64,000 bases of DNA from Scenedesmus sp. PABB004 (taxonomy: Eukaryota): NCBI GenBank assembly GCA_014905635.1, contig JABVCE010000007.1, positions 1,302,001-1,366,000 of the forward strand, given 5' to 3'. Below, in pieces: positions 1 through 13,200 of the stretch. The notes under the pieces were generated by a model. It was given only the letters and a program-made list of their open reading frames with translations. It did not search any database and had not been told where the DNA came from. Both the position numbers and the translations under genes were made by a program. Every line of letters begins with the position of its first letter. The first letter of the stretch is position 1.

Positions 1-1892
1 ACGCTGCAGATGAACGCGGTGATGCCCGGCCACACCGCGAGGCTGCAGCCCATCGTGAGCACCATGCAGGCAGCGTAGACGGCAAACGCAAAGCTCCCGC
101 GCGCCCCGCCGCCGCCGGGCGCGCCCGGCGGCGGGCCCGACGCGATCGCCGCGTCCGCCGCCGCGCTCGCGCGCAGCCCGCCGTCGGCGCCGCCCGCCGC
201 CGCCCAGCCGGGGGCGCTGCTGAGGTAATAGTCGCGCGCGAGGCCGCCGCCCGCGGCGCCGCGCTCGGCCGCGCTCGCGTGGTAAAAGTCGGCGCCCGCG
301 GGGCCGCCGCCAAAGTAGGGGCTCGGCGCCCCGCCCGCGTGGGGGTAGGGGTAGCTCGGCAGCGCGTCGGGGTCCTTGCCCGGCGGCAGCAGCGCCGGCG
401 GCGGCGGCAGCAGCTGCTCCACCAGGTCGCGGTCCGCCGCCGCGACCGCGGCGGCGCGGCCTGCGGACGACGACGCGGACGCGGGCGCGGGCGCGCGGCG
501 GGGCTGGGCGCGCGGGCGCGCGGGCGCGCGCACCGCGCCGCGGGGCAGGCCGCGCCGCAGGCCGCGGGCGAGTGCTGGTCTGCGGCGCTGCGCGCGGCGC
601 CGCCGCTCACTCGCGAGGTACGGCCCCAGCTTTGCCCGGCTGTACTTGAGCTTGGTGAGCAGGGAGAAACAGAGGATGCAGAGCCCCGTCATGAGGCTCG
701 CGGAGCCAAAGTACACAAACGCGGCCGGCGCGACGTCGCCCGCCGTCGGCTGCCCGCCCGCGCCGCTGCTCTTGGCGCTCAGCTGCGACAGCAGCGACAG
801 CGTCGACGTCGCGCAGCCCGACAGGCCCGCGCCGACGACAAAGCCCTGCGCGCCGGGCGCGGGCGCGTCGGCCGCGCCGCCGCGCCGCCGCCGCGCGCGC
901 GCGGACGCTGCCGCCGCCGGCGCGTCGCAGGCGCCCCTCCCGGCGTGCGCGGGTCCCCCCGCCGCGCACCTGGATGTATATGGGCGGGAACATGCTCGCC
1001 AGGTTGAGCACGCCGCCCTGCAGCACCGCCATGCTCATGCCCTGCGACGCGCGGCGCGGCGGCGCGGCGGGCGCTCGGCGGCCGCCGCGGGCCGGCGGCG
1101 CGGCGCTCGGCGGCGCGGCGGGCGCTCGGCGGGCGCTCGGCGGCCGCCGCGGGCCGGCGGTGCGGGCGCCGCCGCGGCTCACCAGCACGGCGAGCGCGGG
1201 CAGGGAGTAGTAGGCGACCGACTCGCCGGACAGGTCGAGCTGCAGCGCCTGCGCGCGGCGGCGGCGGCGGCGGCGGCGGCGACGCGGCGAGGTCGGCGCC
1301 GCGCCCCCGCGCGCGCGCTCGGGCGCTGCCGCCCGCTGCGCCCGCTGCCGCGCGCACGGGTGGGCGCGCGCGCCGCCGCCGCGCACCACGCCCGCGGTCG
1401 AGGCGAGCACGATGAAGATGACGACCAGCGGGTTGACGATCTGGCTGCGCAGCGACAGGTTCTGCTGCAGGCAGATCACAAACAGCACCGCCAGCAGGTT
1501 CCTGCGCGCCGCCGGGCGCGCGCGGTGCGGCGTCGCCCGGTCCGGCCGGCGCTGCGCGGCGGCGCGGTGCGCCGGCGGGCCGCGCACTCACGCGCCGTTG
1601 AAGACCAGGCCGAAGAGGGAGAGGAAGTTGTCCGCGATGGCGGGGCTGCTCGGCGGGACGTGGAGGCGGATGTCAAAAAACTCCTTCTCGGTCAGAAACA
1701 CGTTGAGCGGCAGCAGCGTGCCGATGCCGAGCATCACCAGGATGCCGTACACCAGCCCGAACCTGCAGCGCGGCGGGCAGGGCAGCGCTGGGCGCGGCGG
1801 CGGCGGCGCGGGCGGCGGCGCGCGCGCAGCGGCGGCGGCGCGCGGCAGCGGCGGCAGCGCGCGCACCTGTCCTGCACTTGCGGCTGCTTCAT
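1..1892 (-). CDS. Equilibrative nucleoside transporter (ENT/SLC29 family), multi-exon, 3' end runs off the window start
   Basis: ATG at 1892. Exon 1 MKQPQVQD(R) is spliced GT-AG to FGLVYGILVMLGIGTLLPLNVFLTEKEFF, matching the ENT TM1 pattern lG.GtLlPwN.f.t...yf. Later exons give GMSMAVLQGGVLNLASMFPPIYIQ and, at the window edge, VLTMGCSLAVWPGITAFICSV (TM7-like). Confidence 0.85.
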
Positions 1893-3570
1893 TGCTCCTG
1901 CCGCCGGCAGCTGCGCCTAGGCAACGGATCCCAGGCCGCGCCACGGCGGCAGGCCCGCGCCCGGGCGGCCGAGGCGCGCGCTGGCAGCAGCGCGCTGCGA
2001 TGGGCGCCCGCTCCCGCGCCAGGCGGCCCTCCGATCGTCAGGCGGCGCGCCACTGGACGGCGGGGTTGCGGCACACCACGTGAAGGGCGCTGTGCGGACA
2101 GAGGATGAGGGACGCGCCGACGGCAGCAGCAGCAGCGGACGCGCAACGTGGCGAGCACGGGGTCGAGTGGGGCAGGTTGCTCGCTCTGCTCGCAGCGCCT
2201 GGCTGACGGGATCGGTGGCGCGGCGGTGCCCGACAGCTGGCGTCAATGACCGGGGCAGGCGGGCGGCCTAACCGATGACTCGACGCGCGTGGCGATCGGG
2301 GGCGGCCGGTCCACCACCTCAACGTGCATCTTTCCTGGTCCAGCGCGCGGCCCGACTTCCTTCCCGCCGATCAGTGCGGCTGCCGCTCCCAGACGCGCGC
2401 GCAGCAAGTTGGTGGCCTTTCGTTCTTTGTTTGTTTTGGAGCACGCAGGCATCAGAGAGCTTGGGAGTGCTCCGCGCCCGCGCGCACGCGCACGCCGGCA
2501 GGCTGGCGTCTGGTGTGTGCGCGCAGTGCGCTGCGTGCGAGCAGTGCGCTGTGCGAGGATGCGACGCCGGCACCCACGCGGGTTGCGACGGCGGCGGCGC
2601 CGGGAGGGGGTGGGGGCCCGCACACCGCAGCAGCTCCCCTTGCGGACAAACAAGCAAACAAACACCATCCCGCCGACACCATCCCGCAACCCGGGTGCGT
2701 GTGCAAGAGCGTATTTCCAGGCGGCAGTGCTGCTCCGCAGGCGGGCGGGCGCACCCGCGCCCGCCGACGACCCATTGGAACCAGAGTCGGGCGCCCCACC
2801 CCACCGTGCGCGGGGCGCGCGGGTGGGGGAGCGCCGGGCGGCGCTGGGCGCCGCCGGCAACTCAAACAACAACGTCAGTCGGCATGATGATCGGCGCGCA
2901 CGCGCCGCAAGCCACGCCCCTTTCGTCGCTGGGCGCCCAGCCTGGCTGGCTAGTGCTGCTGCTGCTTTGGCCCCCGCCCACCGATGATGATGATGATGGT
3001 GATGCCAAGGCCAAGGCCCCGCCGGCCGGCCGCGCGCGTGGCGCATTCGCACGAGCGCCGCGCGCGGCCGCCGCCGCCGCGCGGCGAAGGGGGGCGCAGA
3101 GCCGCGCCGCAGTGTGGTATTGCGTTTGCTGTTTTAACGGGCGCGCACATGCCGCCGGGGCAGGCGCGCCGCGCCCAAAGGATGATGGCGTGGTGACGGA
3201 CGACCACCAAACCGCCAGCGTTGCTAGCGGGCGGCGGCGCTCAGGCCGCCGCCGCCGACCCAGGCCCGCCCAAACACTCCAAACATTCGCCCGCGCCCAG
3301 AGGGTTGGTGTGTGCTGCTGCGGCGGCGGCGCGCGCCCGCGGGCCGTGCGGCCGCAGACTAGGCGGGCGCGCGCCGCCGCCGCCGGCTGCGCCGGGCAGC
3401 AAATACTCGGTCGTCGTCGTCATCATCGCCGCCGCCGCCGGGTGGCGGCGGGGCGCGCAGTGCGGGGTGTGTGTGGTCAGCCGTCCGTCCGTCCGTTTGC
3501 CGTGGTGGTGGTCGCGCGGCGCGGGCGCGTGCACCACCGCGACCCGCCGCCGCGCCAGAGGCCAACCAAC

Positions 3571-3598
3571 CAAAGCCAAGAACCCAAAGCCAAGAACC
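3571..3598. repeat. Perfect 14-bp tandem duplication (CAAAGCCAAGAACC)x2 in a non-coding stretch
   Basis: Read directly from the sequence. Lies in the ~2 kb stretch that is probably the 3' UTR of the 4324-6222 gene. Confidence 0.9.
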
Positions 3599-4323
3599 CA
3601 TGCGTAGTCGGGGTGCGGGCAAGAAGTGAGCATGCATGTGTGGACCAGCGCCGCTTGCAGTTGCAGTTCCCCCGCGGACCGCGGGGCACGAGTTGGGGGG
3701 TGCGGGTCAGTCAGCGCACCGCCCGCCGGCGCCGCGCGGACGATCAGATCAGATCTCACAGAGGCGCACGCGGTCATACGAGGGGCGGCGCGGCGCCCGC
3801 GCGGCAGGCGGCCCGCCGTCGGGGGCACGCACTGCGCGCGGCAGCGCACCGCGCCGCCAACGCCGCCGCCGCAGCGCCGCAGCGCAGCGTCGGGGCATGC
3901 CAATCTCAGTGCCAGGGGAGTATAAGTGATGTGAGCAGTTCCGCGAAACACAACGGGCGCGGCGCCGCGCTGCTGGCGGTGCCGCCGTCCAGCGCCGGGC
4001 CGCGCCCAGGCATGCAAGCGTGCCGATCAGGCCACCACCAACACACCCACGAAGCGCGCGCGCCAAGCCAAGCCCCCATTTGTTGCTCCACGGCCCAAGT
4101 CCTGTGGGCACGGCCTGCGACAGTCGGGCCCGACCAAGGCTCCTCGTCGCGCCGCGGCCAGCCCCCGCGCGGGCGCCGGCGGCTGCGCGGCGCGCGATTG
4201 GCAGTGTGCACATGCTGCCGCGCCGAGCGCGCCGCAGCAGCAAGGCAGTGAAGCGGGCGCGCCCAGGCCAGCGCACGCCGGGTTCCGTGCGTTGGGGCGA
4301 CTGCGCCGTTCGCGTGCGCCCTC

Positions 4324-6222
4324 CTACGGCAAATCCAGTGCCGCCAGCATGCCAGCCAGGTGGTCTGGCTCCTTGGCCCCGCCGAGCGGGGACGCCGCAG
4401 GCGCGGCCACGTCGGGCAGCGCGTCGGCGCCGCCGAGGCAGCCCAGGCCGCCGGCGCCGCCGAGGCCGCCGCCGGCAAACAGGCTGAAGCCCCAGCCGCC
4501 GAGGCTCGCGCCGGCGTCGTCCGCGAGCCGCAGGCCGGAGAGCCCTGGCAGGCCCGCGCCGTCGCCGCCGCCGGGCTTGGGCGCGGCGGGCATGGTGATG
4601 GCGTCGCCGCCGAGGCCCTCCAGCCCGCCGAGGCGCGGGCCGGCGCCGCCGGCGCCCGCCTCGGCGTCGTACGCGGCGGCGAGGAGCGCGCGGTCGCTGG
4701 GCTGGATCATCGTGAGCGCCTGGTCAAGGGACATGCCCGCCTCGATGAAGCTCCGCGCCACCAGGCGCATCACCTCGCCCTTGCCGCCGCCGCCGCCGGC
4801 GTCGCCGCCGTTGCCGGGCAGGCTCGCCGCGCTGCCGCTGGCGCTGAGCGAGCCGCCGGCGCCGCCGCTGCCGCCGCTGTTGCTGCGCGCGGGCGTGCCG
4901 GGCGCGCTGCCGGCGGGCGAGGCGCCGCCGGCGCTGCCGGCGGTGGGCGGCGCAGCGCCATCCTTGCTGCCACGCTGGCCGCCGATCACGCCCAGGCCGG
5001 GCAGCGCCGCCCCGGGCAGCGCCGCCGCCAGCAGGCCGGCGGTCGCCGCGCCGCCGCCGCCGCCGCCGGGCGTGAGCGGCGCGGCCGGCGCAGGCGGGCT
5101 GCTGCCGGGCGCCGCCGCGCCGCCGATGGGCTGCTGCGCCTGCGCCGCGCCGGGCACGGCGGCGAGCTGCTGCGGGTGCGGCGTGAAGCCCGCCGAGAGG
5201 GGCAGCACGAGCGGCGCGCTGCCGGGCGGCGGGGCCATCATCGCCGCCGTGCTCGCGCTCACGCTGCCGCCGGGGGCGAGCAGCTGCGCGCCGGCGCGGA
5301 ACGCCTGCTGCGCGCTCGCGACCTGCCCCGGGCCGGGCATGGGCCCGCCGGGGCGGGGCGCCTGGCCGAGCATCATCGCGACCTGCCCGGGCTGCTGCGG
5401 CGCGGCCACGGGCAGGCCGCCGGCCTGCACGGGGCGCGGCGCGGGCGCGCCGGGGCCCTGCACCAGCACCATGCCGCCGCCCTGCTGCTGCTGCATCATG
5501 ACCAGCTGCTGCTGCGGCGCCGCCTGGGCGGGCGCCTGCTGTTGCACGACCATGATGGGCCGCGGCCCGCCCGCCGCCAGCACCGCCTGCTGGGGCAGGC
5601 CGACGCGCTGCTGGTGCTGCGGCGGCAGCTGCACGAGGCGCGCGCCCGGCGGCAGCTGGAACGCGCCGCCCGGGAGCTGCACGACCTGCGCCGCCTGCGG
5701 CTGCGGCTGCTGCTGCTGCAGCGGCAGCACCGCGCCGCTGGGCGTGCCGTCGGGGCGCAGCAGGAAGACGCTGCCGCCCTGCATCACGCCCTGCTGCAGC
5801 CCGGCGCCGGTGTTGACGTACACCAGGCTCCCGCGGTCGGGCGCCGCCTGCACGAGCTGCACCTGCTGCAGCGCCGGCGCCGCCATCGCGAGCTGCACGC
5901 CGCCGCCCGGCGCCGCGACCTGCACCAGGCGCATGCCCGGCGCGGGCGCCTGCGGCTGCGGCGCGGTGCCCATCGGGCGGAACGCGACGGGCGCCTGGCC
6001 CGGCGCCGCCGCCGTCGCCTGCACCCAGACCTGCTGCTGCGGCGCCTGCTGCGCGGCCATCGGCGGCGCGAGCTTGGCGCCGCCGTCGGCCACCTGCATC
6101 ATGTACATCCCGCCCGGCTGCCTGGGCGCCAGGCCGGCGGAGAACGCGGGGCCGCCGCCCATCGCGGACGCGACCTCCACGCCGCCACCGCCGACCAGCT
6201 GCGCCATCGCGTACGAGCCCAT
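4324..6222 (-). CDS. Hypothetical low-complexity Gln/Gly/Ala/Pro-rich protein, single coding exon
   Basis: Continuous ORF MGSYAMAQLVGGG...MLAALDLP* with codon-like composition, including Q-rich segments and one helical stretch EVMRLVARSFIEAGMSLDQALTMIQPSDRALLAAAY. A GT-AG intron at about 6252-6597 just upstream looks like a 5'-UTR intron and supports this ATG. Confidence 0.65.
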   Translation of the reverse strand: MGSYAMAQLVGGGGVEVASAMGGGPAFSAGLAPRQPGGMYMMQVADGGAKLAPPMAAQQAPQQQVWVQATAAAPGQAPVAFRPMGTAPQPQAPAPGMRLVQVAAPGGGVQLAMAAPALQQVQLVQAAPDRGSLVYVNTGAGLQQGVMQGGSVFLLRPDGTPSGAVLPLQQQQPQPQAAQVVQLPGGAFQLPPGARLVQLPPQHQQRVGLPQQAVLAAGGPRPIMVVQQQAPAQAAPQQQLVMMQQQQGGGMVLVQGPGAPAPRPVQAGGLPVAAPQQPGQVAMMLGQAPRPGGPMPGPGQVASAQQAFRAGAQLLAPGGSVSASTAAMMAPPPGSAPLVLPLSAGFTPHPQQLAAVPGAAQAQQPIGGAAAPGSSPPAPAAPLTPGGGGGGAATAGLLAAALPGAALPGLGVIGGQRGSKDGAAPPTAGSAGGASPAGSAPGTPARSNSGGSGGAGGSLSASGSAASLPGNGGDAGGGGGKGEVMRLVARSFIEAGMSLDQALTMIQPSDRALLAAAYDAEAGAGGAGPRLGGLEGLGGDAITMPAAPKPGGGDGAGLPGLSGLRLADDAGASLGGWGFSLFAGGGLGGAGGLGCLGGADALPDVAAPAASPLGGAKEPDHLAGMLAALDLP

Positions 6223-7028
6223 CGCGCGTGACGACGCGGGGAGGAGAGTGCCTGCGTGGCTCGGGGCGCGGGGCGGGCGGGCGGCGTGAGACGACGGCTG
6301 GGCGCGCGGGGCGGGTGCGCGCCTGAGAGGCCTCGGCATCCCCCCGCGCCCCAGCAGCGCCGCGCCCGGCGGGCCACGGCCGCCCCGCCGGGCGCCTCCA
6401 GCGGTCCGGCTGGAGCGATCGTTGCGCCCCCGCGGGCGCGGGAGCGCGTGCGGGCCCCGCCCGCCCCAACGCTCGGGCGCCGCGCTCCGCGGCCGACCCG
6501 GCCGCGCCGGGCGCCTCCTGAACGCCTGGCACGCGAGGGAGAGGGCCGCCAAGCGCCCGCAGGCGCGGCGCCGGTCGCGAGAGGCTCTCACACGCGCACC
6601 TGCTGCTCCGCGCCGCGGGAGAGCGACGCGCGGCTCGGCCGCCTACTAGTCCTCGGTCCGCGGACGGTCGAGCGCTCCGCCACCGGCCTAAGGCCGCCTG
6701 CGGAGGGCAGTCGCAAACGGACGGGAGAGGCGTCTAGAGCTGTCGCTCTCCGCGTCCAGACGTCACGCCTAAAACGTGCCGGGTGTGTGCGAGCGCCGCG
6801 CGGGCGGGGGGGGGAGCTCGAGGGAGCGGAGGAGGCGAGCGGGGATGCAAGCGCCTGAGCCCCACGGCAGAGTTGCGCCGCGCACCCCTTTTGGGAGCCA
6901 CACACTGCCGCCCGCTGTGTCGACGGCGTCGCTGCCCGCGTCGTCGCCCCGCCAGCGCGCCGGCGCCGCCGCAGCCCGCACGCGCGGCCGCCGCGGGCCC
7001 GCCGCGGCCGCCCGATCACGCCTGCATC

Positions 7029-10000
7029 TCAGCCGCGCTTCTTGGCCTTGCGCTTCTTGGGCTTGCGCCGCTTGCCGCCGCCGTCGCCGCCGCTGGCCGC
7101 CGGCGCGGCCTGGCCGTGCGCGGCGCGCGGCGGCGGGCGCCCCTCGTCCCCGTCCTGCGACGCCTCCCCGTCCAGCCCCTGCTCCCCCAGCTCCTGCTCC
7201 AGCTCCTGCTGCTCCTGCACCTGCTCCTCGGGGCCTTGCTGCGCGGCGGGCTCGACGCAGCCCGGCTCGACGCAGCCCCCCGATGCCGGCTCGCGCGCCC
7301 CCTCCTGGCACGGCGCCGCCGCCTCGGTCGCCGCCGCCGCCTGCTCCGCAGCTCCTGCGGGCGCCGCGCCTGCTGGCGCCCCGGCCGCCCCCGCGACCGC
7401 GGCGGGGGCCTGCGCATCGGGGGCCGCGGCCGCGCAGGCCCAGCCGCCCATCACCGGCATCTCCACCGTGGTGAGGTGCACGTTGGGGTAGCTGTCGCCG
7501 CTGCCGCCCCACGCCGCCGCAAGCGCTCTGGCGGGCGCCCAGGCGCCGCCGCCGCCGCCGCCACCGCCGCCACCGCCGCGGTCCGCGCCACGGCCGGGGT
7601 CGGCGAACACGTTGGGGGGGCCGCCGGGGCCGCCGTGCCACTGCTCTGCCCCGTGCGGCACGGCGCCGCGGAAGCCCGGCTCGTCAGCGACGCGACCGTC
7701 GGCGGCGGCGGCCGCCGCCGCCGCCGCGGCCGCCGCCGCAGCTGCCGCAGCGGCTGCCGCGGCTGCGGCCGCCGCCGCGGCAGCCTCCGCCTCCGCCTCG
7801 GCCGCCGCTGCCGCCGCCAGCGCGGCCGCCCAGCCGACGCCGGTCGCCGCGCCGGCCTCGCCCGCGCCAGCCGCGGGCGCGCCGCCCCAGCCCGCCGCCT
7901 CCACCGCGCCGGCGGGGGGCATGGCTGGGTAGCTGGCCGCCTGCTGCCAGGCCGCGTCGGGCCCGCCGGCGTCAAAGCCGGCGCCAGGCTCACCACGCGG
8001 GGCAAACGCCTGCACCCCTGGCGGCCCGCCCCAGCCGTCCCAGCCTGGCTGCGCCGGCGCATCGCCCTCGAAGCTGCAGGGTGGCAGCACCGCAAGGCTG
8101 CGAGGGTCGGCCTCGGCCGGCGGGGGGCCCAGGAAGCCTGCGGGCGCGGCGCGCGGGGCGTTCTGGTGAGCGCCTTGGAGCGCCCTGCGCCCGCCGACCG
8201 CGAGCCCCGCCGGCCCTCCGCACTCACCCGCCGCGAACGAGCTGAGCCTGGGCCCGACAGCCGCGCTGCTGAGCCGCGACGCGGGGCCCCGGGGGCTGGC
8301 GGCGCCGACGGGCCCGCCCACGCCCGCGCCGAGGCTGGCGGCGGAGCCCTCGCGCGACGCGGGCGTGGGGCTGGCGCTGCCGCTGGCGCTGGCGCTGCCG
8401 CCGCCGCCCAGGCCCGCGAGCACCGCGACGGTCAGGCTGGTGCGCGGCTTGAGCGACTTGCCACCCCCCGCGCCGTCGGCCATGCTGCGCGCCATTTTCT
8501 GCGGCGCGGCACGCAGCGCGCGGCGCGTGCGCGCGCAGGCGCGGCGCGGCGCGGCGCGGCGCGGCACAGGGCGCCGGCCGGCGGCGCCCGGCCGCGGAGG
8601 CGCGCGTGCCTGCAGGTCTGCGCTCATGCCCGCCAGCGTCTCCTCCATGTCGCTCTGGTCGTGCTCCAGGATGACGGTGGGGCTGATGTGAAACTTGCCG
8701 CCGGGGCGCGACACCTGTGGCCGCGCGTCACGCGCGCGTGCGTTACGCGCGCGCGCGTCGCCCGCGGCTCGCCCCTGGGTGGCGCAGCGCGGCGGCTGTG
8801 GCGGCGGCGGCGGCGGCGCGCGGCGCGCGACGCGTGCGCCGCACCAGCTGCGTGAAGCGCAGGCGGCCAAAGGCCTTGAACCAGACCGGCTTGTACATGG
8901 CGTTGTCAAACATGTCCCGATACCTGGGTGGTGGCAGCGGCGCCGGGGGGGCGAGGGGCGGAGGTGTGCGGGTCGGCGCCCGGCGGGCGCGCCCGCTCAC
9001 GCCGCGCGCGCCGCCGCGTGGCAGCCCCGCCGCGGGGCGGCCGCCGCCAACCTCGGGTGGTGAGGCATGCGGTAGGTGGGCGCGCCCGCCAGCTTGCGCG
9101 CCGCGGCGCCGCCGTCGCACGCCGCGAGCAGCGCCGCGCCGTAGGTCTCCCCCGCCGGCTCGCCTCCGCCCGGCCCGCCGGCGCGCCGCGGCGCGCCCCC
9201 ACTGGCGCCCCTGAAGAAGTACAGCAGCGCCCTGCGTGCGCGCGCGCGCGCGCGGGCGGCGGCGCGCAGCGCGCGCGTCGCGCGGGCGTGCCCCTGGTGC
9301 CGAGCGGCGGGTCCGCAGACTCCCCTCCCCGCCCTCGCTCGTCTCACTCGCCGCCCCGCCGCACCTGATGATCACGTGGATGGCGAGGTGCGCGACCAGC
9401 AGCACCAGCAGCGGCAGCCCGTTGCGCTGCGTGATGCGCCGCCCGATGTCGCTCGCCGCGAGCGCGCCGAGCGAGCCGCCCGCGCTGCTCGCGAGGCGCT
9501 CGACGTCGGCGGCGCCGCCGTGGAAGCGCGTGTGCATCCATAGCCCAAACGCGCAGTGCGTGGCCGCCGCCCAGGGCAGCACGCCTGCGGCGCGCGCGCC
9601 GCCGCGCTCAATGGCCGGGGTCGGCGCGCTGCGGGCGCGCCGGCGCCGGGCCCCTCGCCGCGGCGGCCGGCGGGCGGCGCGCGCGCGCGCGCGCGCACCA
9701 AGGAGCAGCACGGGCAGCGCCTTGCCGTAGCGCACGGGCGCCTTGGCCATGCGCGCGATGTACCAGCGGTCGGTCAGGTCCACGACGCCCAGCCAGACCA
9801 GCCCCCAGATGAACAGCGCCGGCATGCCTGGCGCGCGCGCGGCGGCGGCGGCGGTCGCGTGGTGGCGCGCGCGGCGCGCAGGGCACGCGGCGCGCGCGCC
9901 CGCCCGGGCGGTGCGCCCGCGCGCGGTGCCGCGCACCGGAGCCAAACATGACCACGATCCAGAGGCCCAGCATGAGGTCCGACACGCTGCGCGGGCGCGG

Positions 10001-10249
10001 GCGAGGCGGCGGGGGCAGACGAGGTGGCGGGGGCGCGCCGCTGCGTTTGACCGGGCCCCCGCGCCGCCGCCGGGCCTCGCCGCCCGTGCCGCCGCGCTCC
10101 TCTCTCGCGCTCACCGGTAGTCAAGCACAAACGTGGTGCCCAGCCACGCGGCGTTGTACGCGCCCTGGCTCGCCGCCCCCACGCACTGCGTGAGGCAGCC
10201 CTGCCGCGCCTTGCGCACGAGCCACTCGCCCCACGCAAACAGGGCTGTT

Positions 10250-10283
<34 letters not shown>

Positions 10284-13200
10284 GGTGGGCCGTCTCGGCC
10301 GGCGGGCCGCCGCGCAGCCCGGGCACGCCGCGCCCGCACCAGTGAGCACGGCGTTGAGGATCACGATGAGCTGCAGCGACTGCCCCACGTCAGCGTACCA
10401 GGCCGGGCTGAAGTCGGTGTAAGCCCCTGACAGGATCAGCCCCGCGCCCCTGCGCGGCGGCCGGCCGGCGGCGGCGCAGGCGTCGGCGGCGGGCCCCGCG
10501 CAGCGCGCGCGCCACCGCGCTGCGGCGCGGACCAGCTTGTGCGCTCGCTGGACTTGAGCGTGGCGTTGAGCGCGGCGCTGGCGGTCGAGCGCGCGTTGAC
10601 CAGGAGGAGCACGCAGACCGAGTTCTGGGTCGCGTTGGAACCAACGGGGCGTCGGCGCGCGCGTGCAGCTGAGACAGGTGCCGCGCGGCGCCGGCTGCGA
10701 GGGGCGCGCGGCTACGCTGCGCTGCCCGCACCAGCAGCTGGCTGACAAAGGCCAGGATGGCGTACGTGCGCTCCTGCTCGCTCTGCGTCCAGTGCCGCTC
10801 CCAGCGCACCGCGAGCTGCAGCACCGCCTTCAGCACCAGGTTAAGCAGCACGATGACGGCGGAGATGAGCGCCCTGTGCCGCAGCAGGCCGCGGCGGCGC
10901 TGGATTGCGGGGCCCGGCGCGCCGCGGCCGCGCGCCGCGCGCTCAGCGCAGCACGCTGCTCAGCACGGCGCGCGATCAGCTCTCACTTGATGCCGTGGGT
11001 GCGCGCGCTTGGTGGCGCGATGAACGGCGCGCACTCGGACCGCGCCGACGCGACCCACTCCGCGTCGGCGACGCGCGCGGGCGCGACGCGCGAGAGCAGG
11101 TCGCAATGGCAGGGCCAGCACATCGCGTACGCGCAGCGCGCCGGCCCCGCGTGCGCGCAGCTGGACAGCGCGTCGTGGAAGGCCGCGCCCTTAAGGAAGG
11201 CATCCGCGGGGCGCGCCCAGGCCACCGGCTCGGCGGGCTGCATGCTCAGCGACGCGCCCAGGCGCCTGCGCAGCGTGCGGGGGGCGGTGGCGGCGCGCTC
11301 GGCGCTCGGCGCGGCGTGCGCAGCGCAGCGCAGCGCAGCGCACGGCGCGGTGCGGCGCGGCTCACAGGGACAGCAGCTCGGAGCAGCGCTGCTGCAGCTG
11401 CAGGCTGCAGTAGCCCAGCCGGGCGGCCGCGCCGTCGCCGCTGAGCTCAGCGCCGCCGGCGTCGCCAACCGCCGCCTGGATCGTGGCCAGCGCCGCGCCG
11501 GCGGCAGCGGGCGCCGTGGGCGCCTGCGTGGCGTTGAGCGGCCACGCCTGCGGCGGCGCGCGCCGGCGCGGCCCACGCGTCTGCGCGCGCCCGGGCGCGG
11601 CTGCGCTGCCCGCCCTGCGCCCCGCGGCGGCCGCCCCCGCCCCCGCGCGCCGACCCCCTCCCGGCTCACGGCCATGGCGGCGTCGATGTCGGCGGTGAGC
11701 TGCCCGCGTCGCCAGTCGATCGCGCGCGCCGCGCCGATGCTCACGCCCATGAGCTTCGTCACCGCCGCCGCGCTCACCAGCAGCACCGCCAGCACCAGCA
11801 GACGCACGATCGCCTGCGTGGACGTGCGCGCGCCGTGGGCGTCGGCGCAGCGCGGCCGGGCGCGCCGGCGCGGTGTGCCGGGCGGCGGGGGCGGCGGCCT
11901 GCCACGCCGCACCATGCGCGCGTAGCGGGCGCCGCGGCTGACGTGGAGGTTCTCATAGATGTAATCCTCGGGCGGCTGCGCCTGCTCAACCCAAAACCTG
12001 GCGGCCGGCGGCGCGCGCGCACGGGCGCGCGCGGCGGTCAGCGCCGGCGGCGGCAGCGGTTGTGCCGAGCGCGAGTGAGCCGAGGCTGGCCGGCCGCGTG
12101 TGCCGCCGGGCCGAGCCCACCCGGTCGCTCGCGCCCGCCCGCCGCCTCACCTGTACTTGCCCAGGAAGCGGTGGGCGCGCGGCTGCAGCCAGCTGCTCAC
12201 CCAGCCTGCGCGCGCGCGCAGGGCGGCCGGCGGTCGGCGACAGGGCGGGCGCCCGCCCACCGGCCCCGCCTGCCCCGGCGGCGCTGCGGCGCGTCACGCG
12301 CGTGCTCACGCTTGGCGCAGGCCGCCTGGCAGGCCGCGCGCTCCTCCTGGGTGTTGAACGTCACAAACACCGCCTTGAGCTCAAACCCCACATCTAGCTA
12401 GATGTGCGGCGGCGTGGTGCGGGGGCGCGCGCAGCGTCGGGGCGGCGGCGCAGCCGCCGCGGCCGCCGCGTGCGGCAGGCCTGCCGCATGCCCTAGGGCC
12501 TGGGCGGGCGGTGGCTGCGGCCGCCGGCGCACCTTGTGGTTGGCCTCCTGCATGAAGCGCGCCATCTTCTTCTCGCTCGCACGCACCCTGCGCTGGAACG
12601 CGACTGCCGCGACCACGCGGCGCGCGGGCGGCTGCGTGAAGCACCGCCGCAGGCGCGCGCCGCGCCGAGGCAAGGCGCGACGCCGCGGTCGCGCCCCAGG
12701 CGCCCGCCGCCGCACCCGCGTTGCGCCCCCGCGCCGCGCGCTCCTTCGCGTGCCGCCGCGCCGCCTCGAGCGCGGTCGCGGTCGACGCGAGCGCGAGCAG
12801 CGGGCCAAAGTCCTTGACCAGCACCACGTCCATCACGCGCCCAAACCGCCCAAAGTGCTGCCCGATCTGCGCGCCCCCGCCGGCGGCGCCGGTGCAGGCG
12901 CGGGCGCGGCGGCGGGTCGGTGCAGGCCTGGTTTGCCTTGGGCGCGCACGCGGGCTGCCGCCCCACCCCCGATGCCGCCCCCGACCCCGTGCGCGCGCGC
13001 CGCCGCCCCCGCCCCCGACGCCGTGCGCTCGCTGCGCCGGCCCGCACGTCAATGGGGGTCGTCTCGGGCAGGCCCTTGACGATGACGGTGAAGTCACTGA
13101 CCTCCATCGTCGCGGCGTCCACGGCGGCGACAAAGCGCGCCGCCGCGCGGTGCAGCAGCAGGCACGCGACGCTGACCGCGGCGATCGCGCCGGCGTCCAG

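Noticed and set aside
1915..1925. CCTAGGCAAC X-box-like half site upstream of the ENT gene (similar CCTAGGCAAT at ~63950)
   Set aside because: Only half sites in two places; too little to call a regulatory element.
3895..3955. Minus-strand ATACTCCCCTGGCA resembling the U1 snRNA 5' end or an 18S-antisense guide
   Set aside because: It lacks the ACTTAC core, Sm site and U1 stem-loops, and the rRNA complementarity is short and not adjacent to a D box.
2275..4251. 658-aa plus-strand ORF, or a possible snoRNA cluster (ATGATGA at ~2885, GATGAT repeats at ~2983)
   Set aside because: The translation is not protein-like and no convincing C/D box pair with terminal stem and rRNA guide was found. GT-rich minus-strand tracts fit a long 3' UTR or intergenic region.
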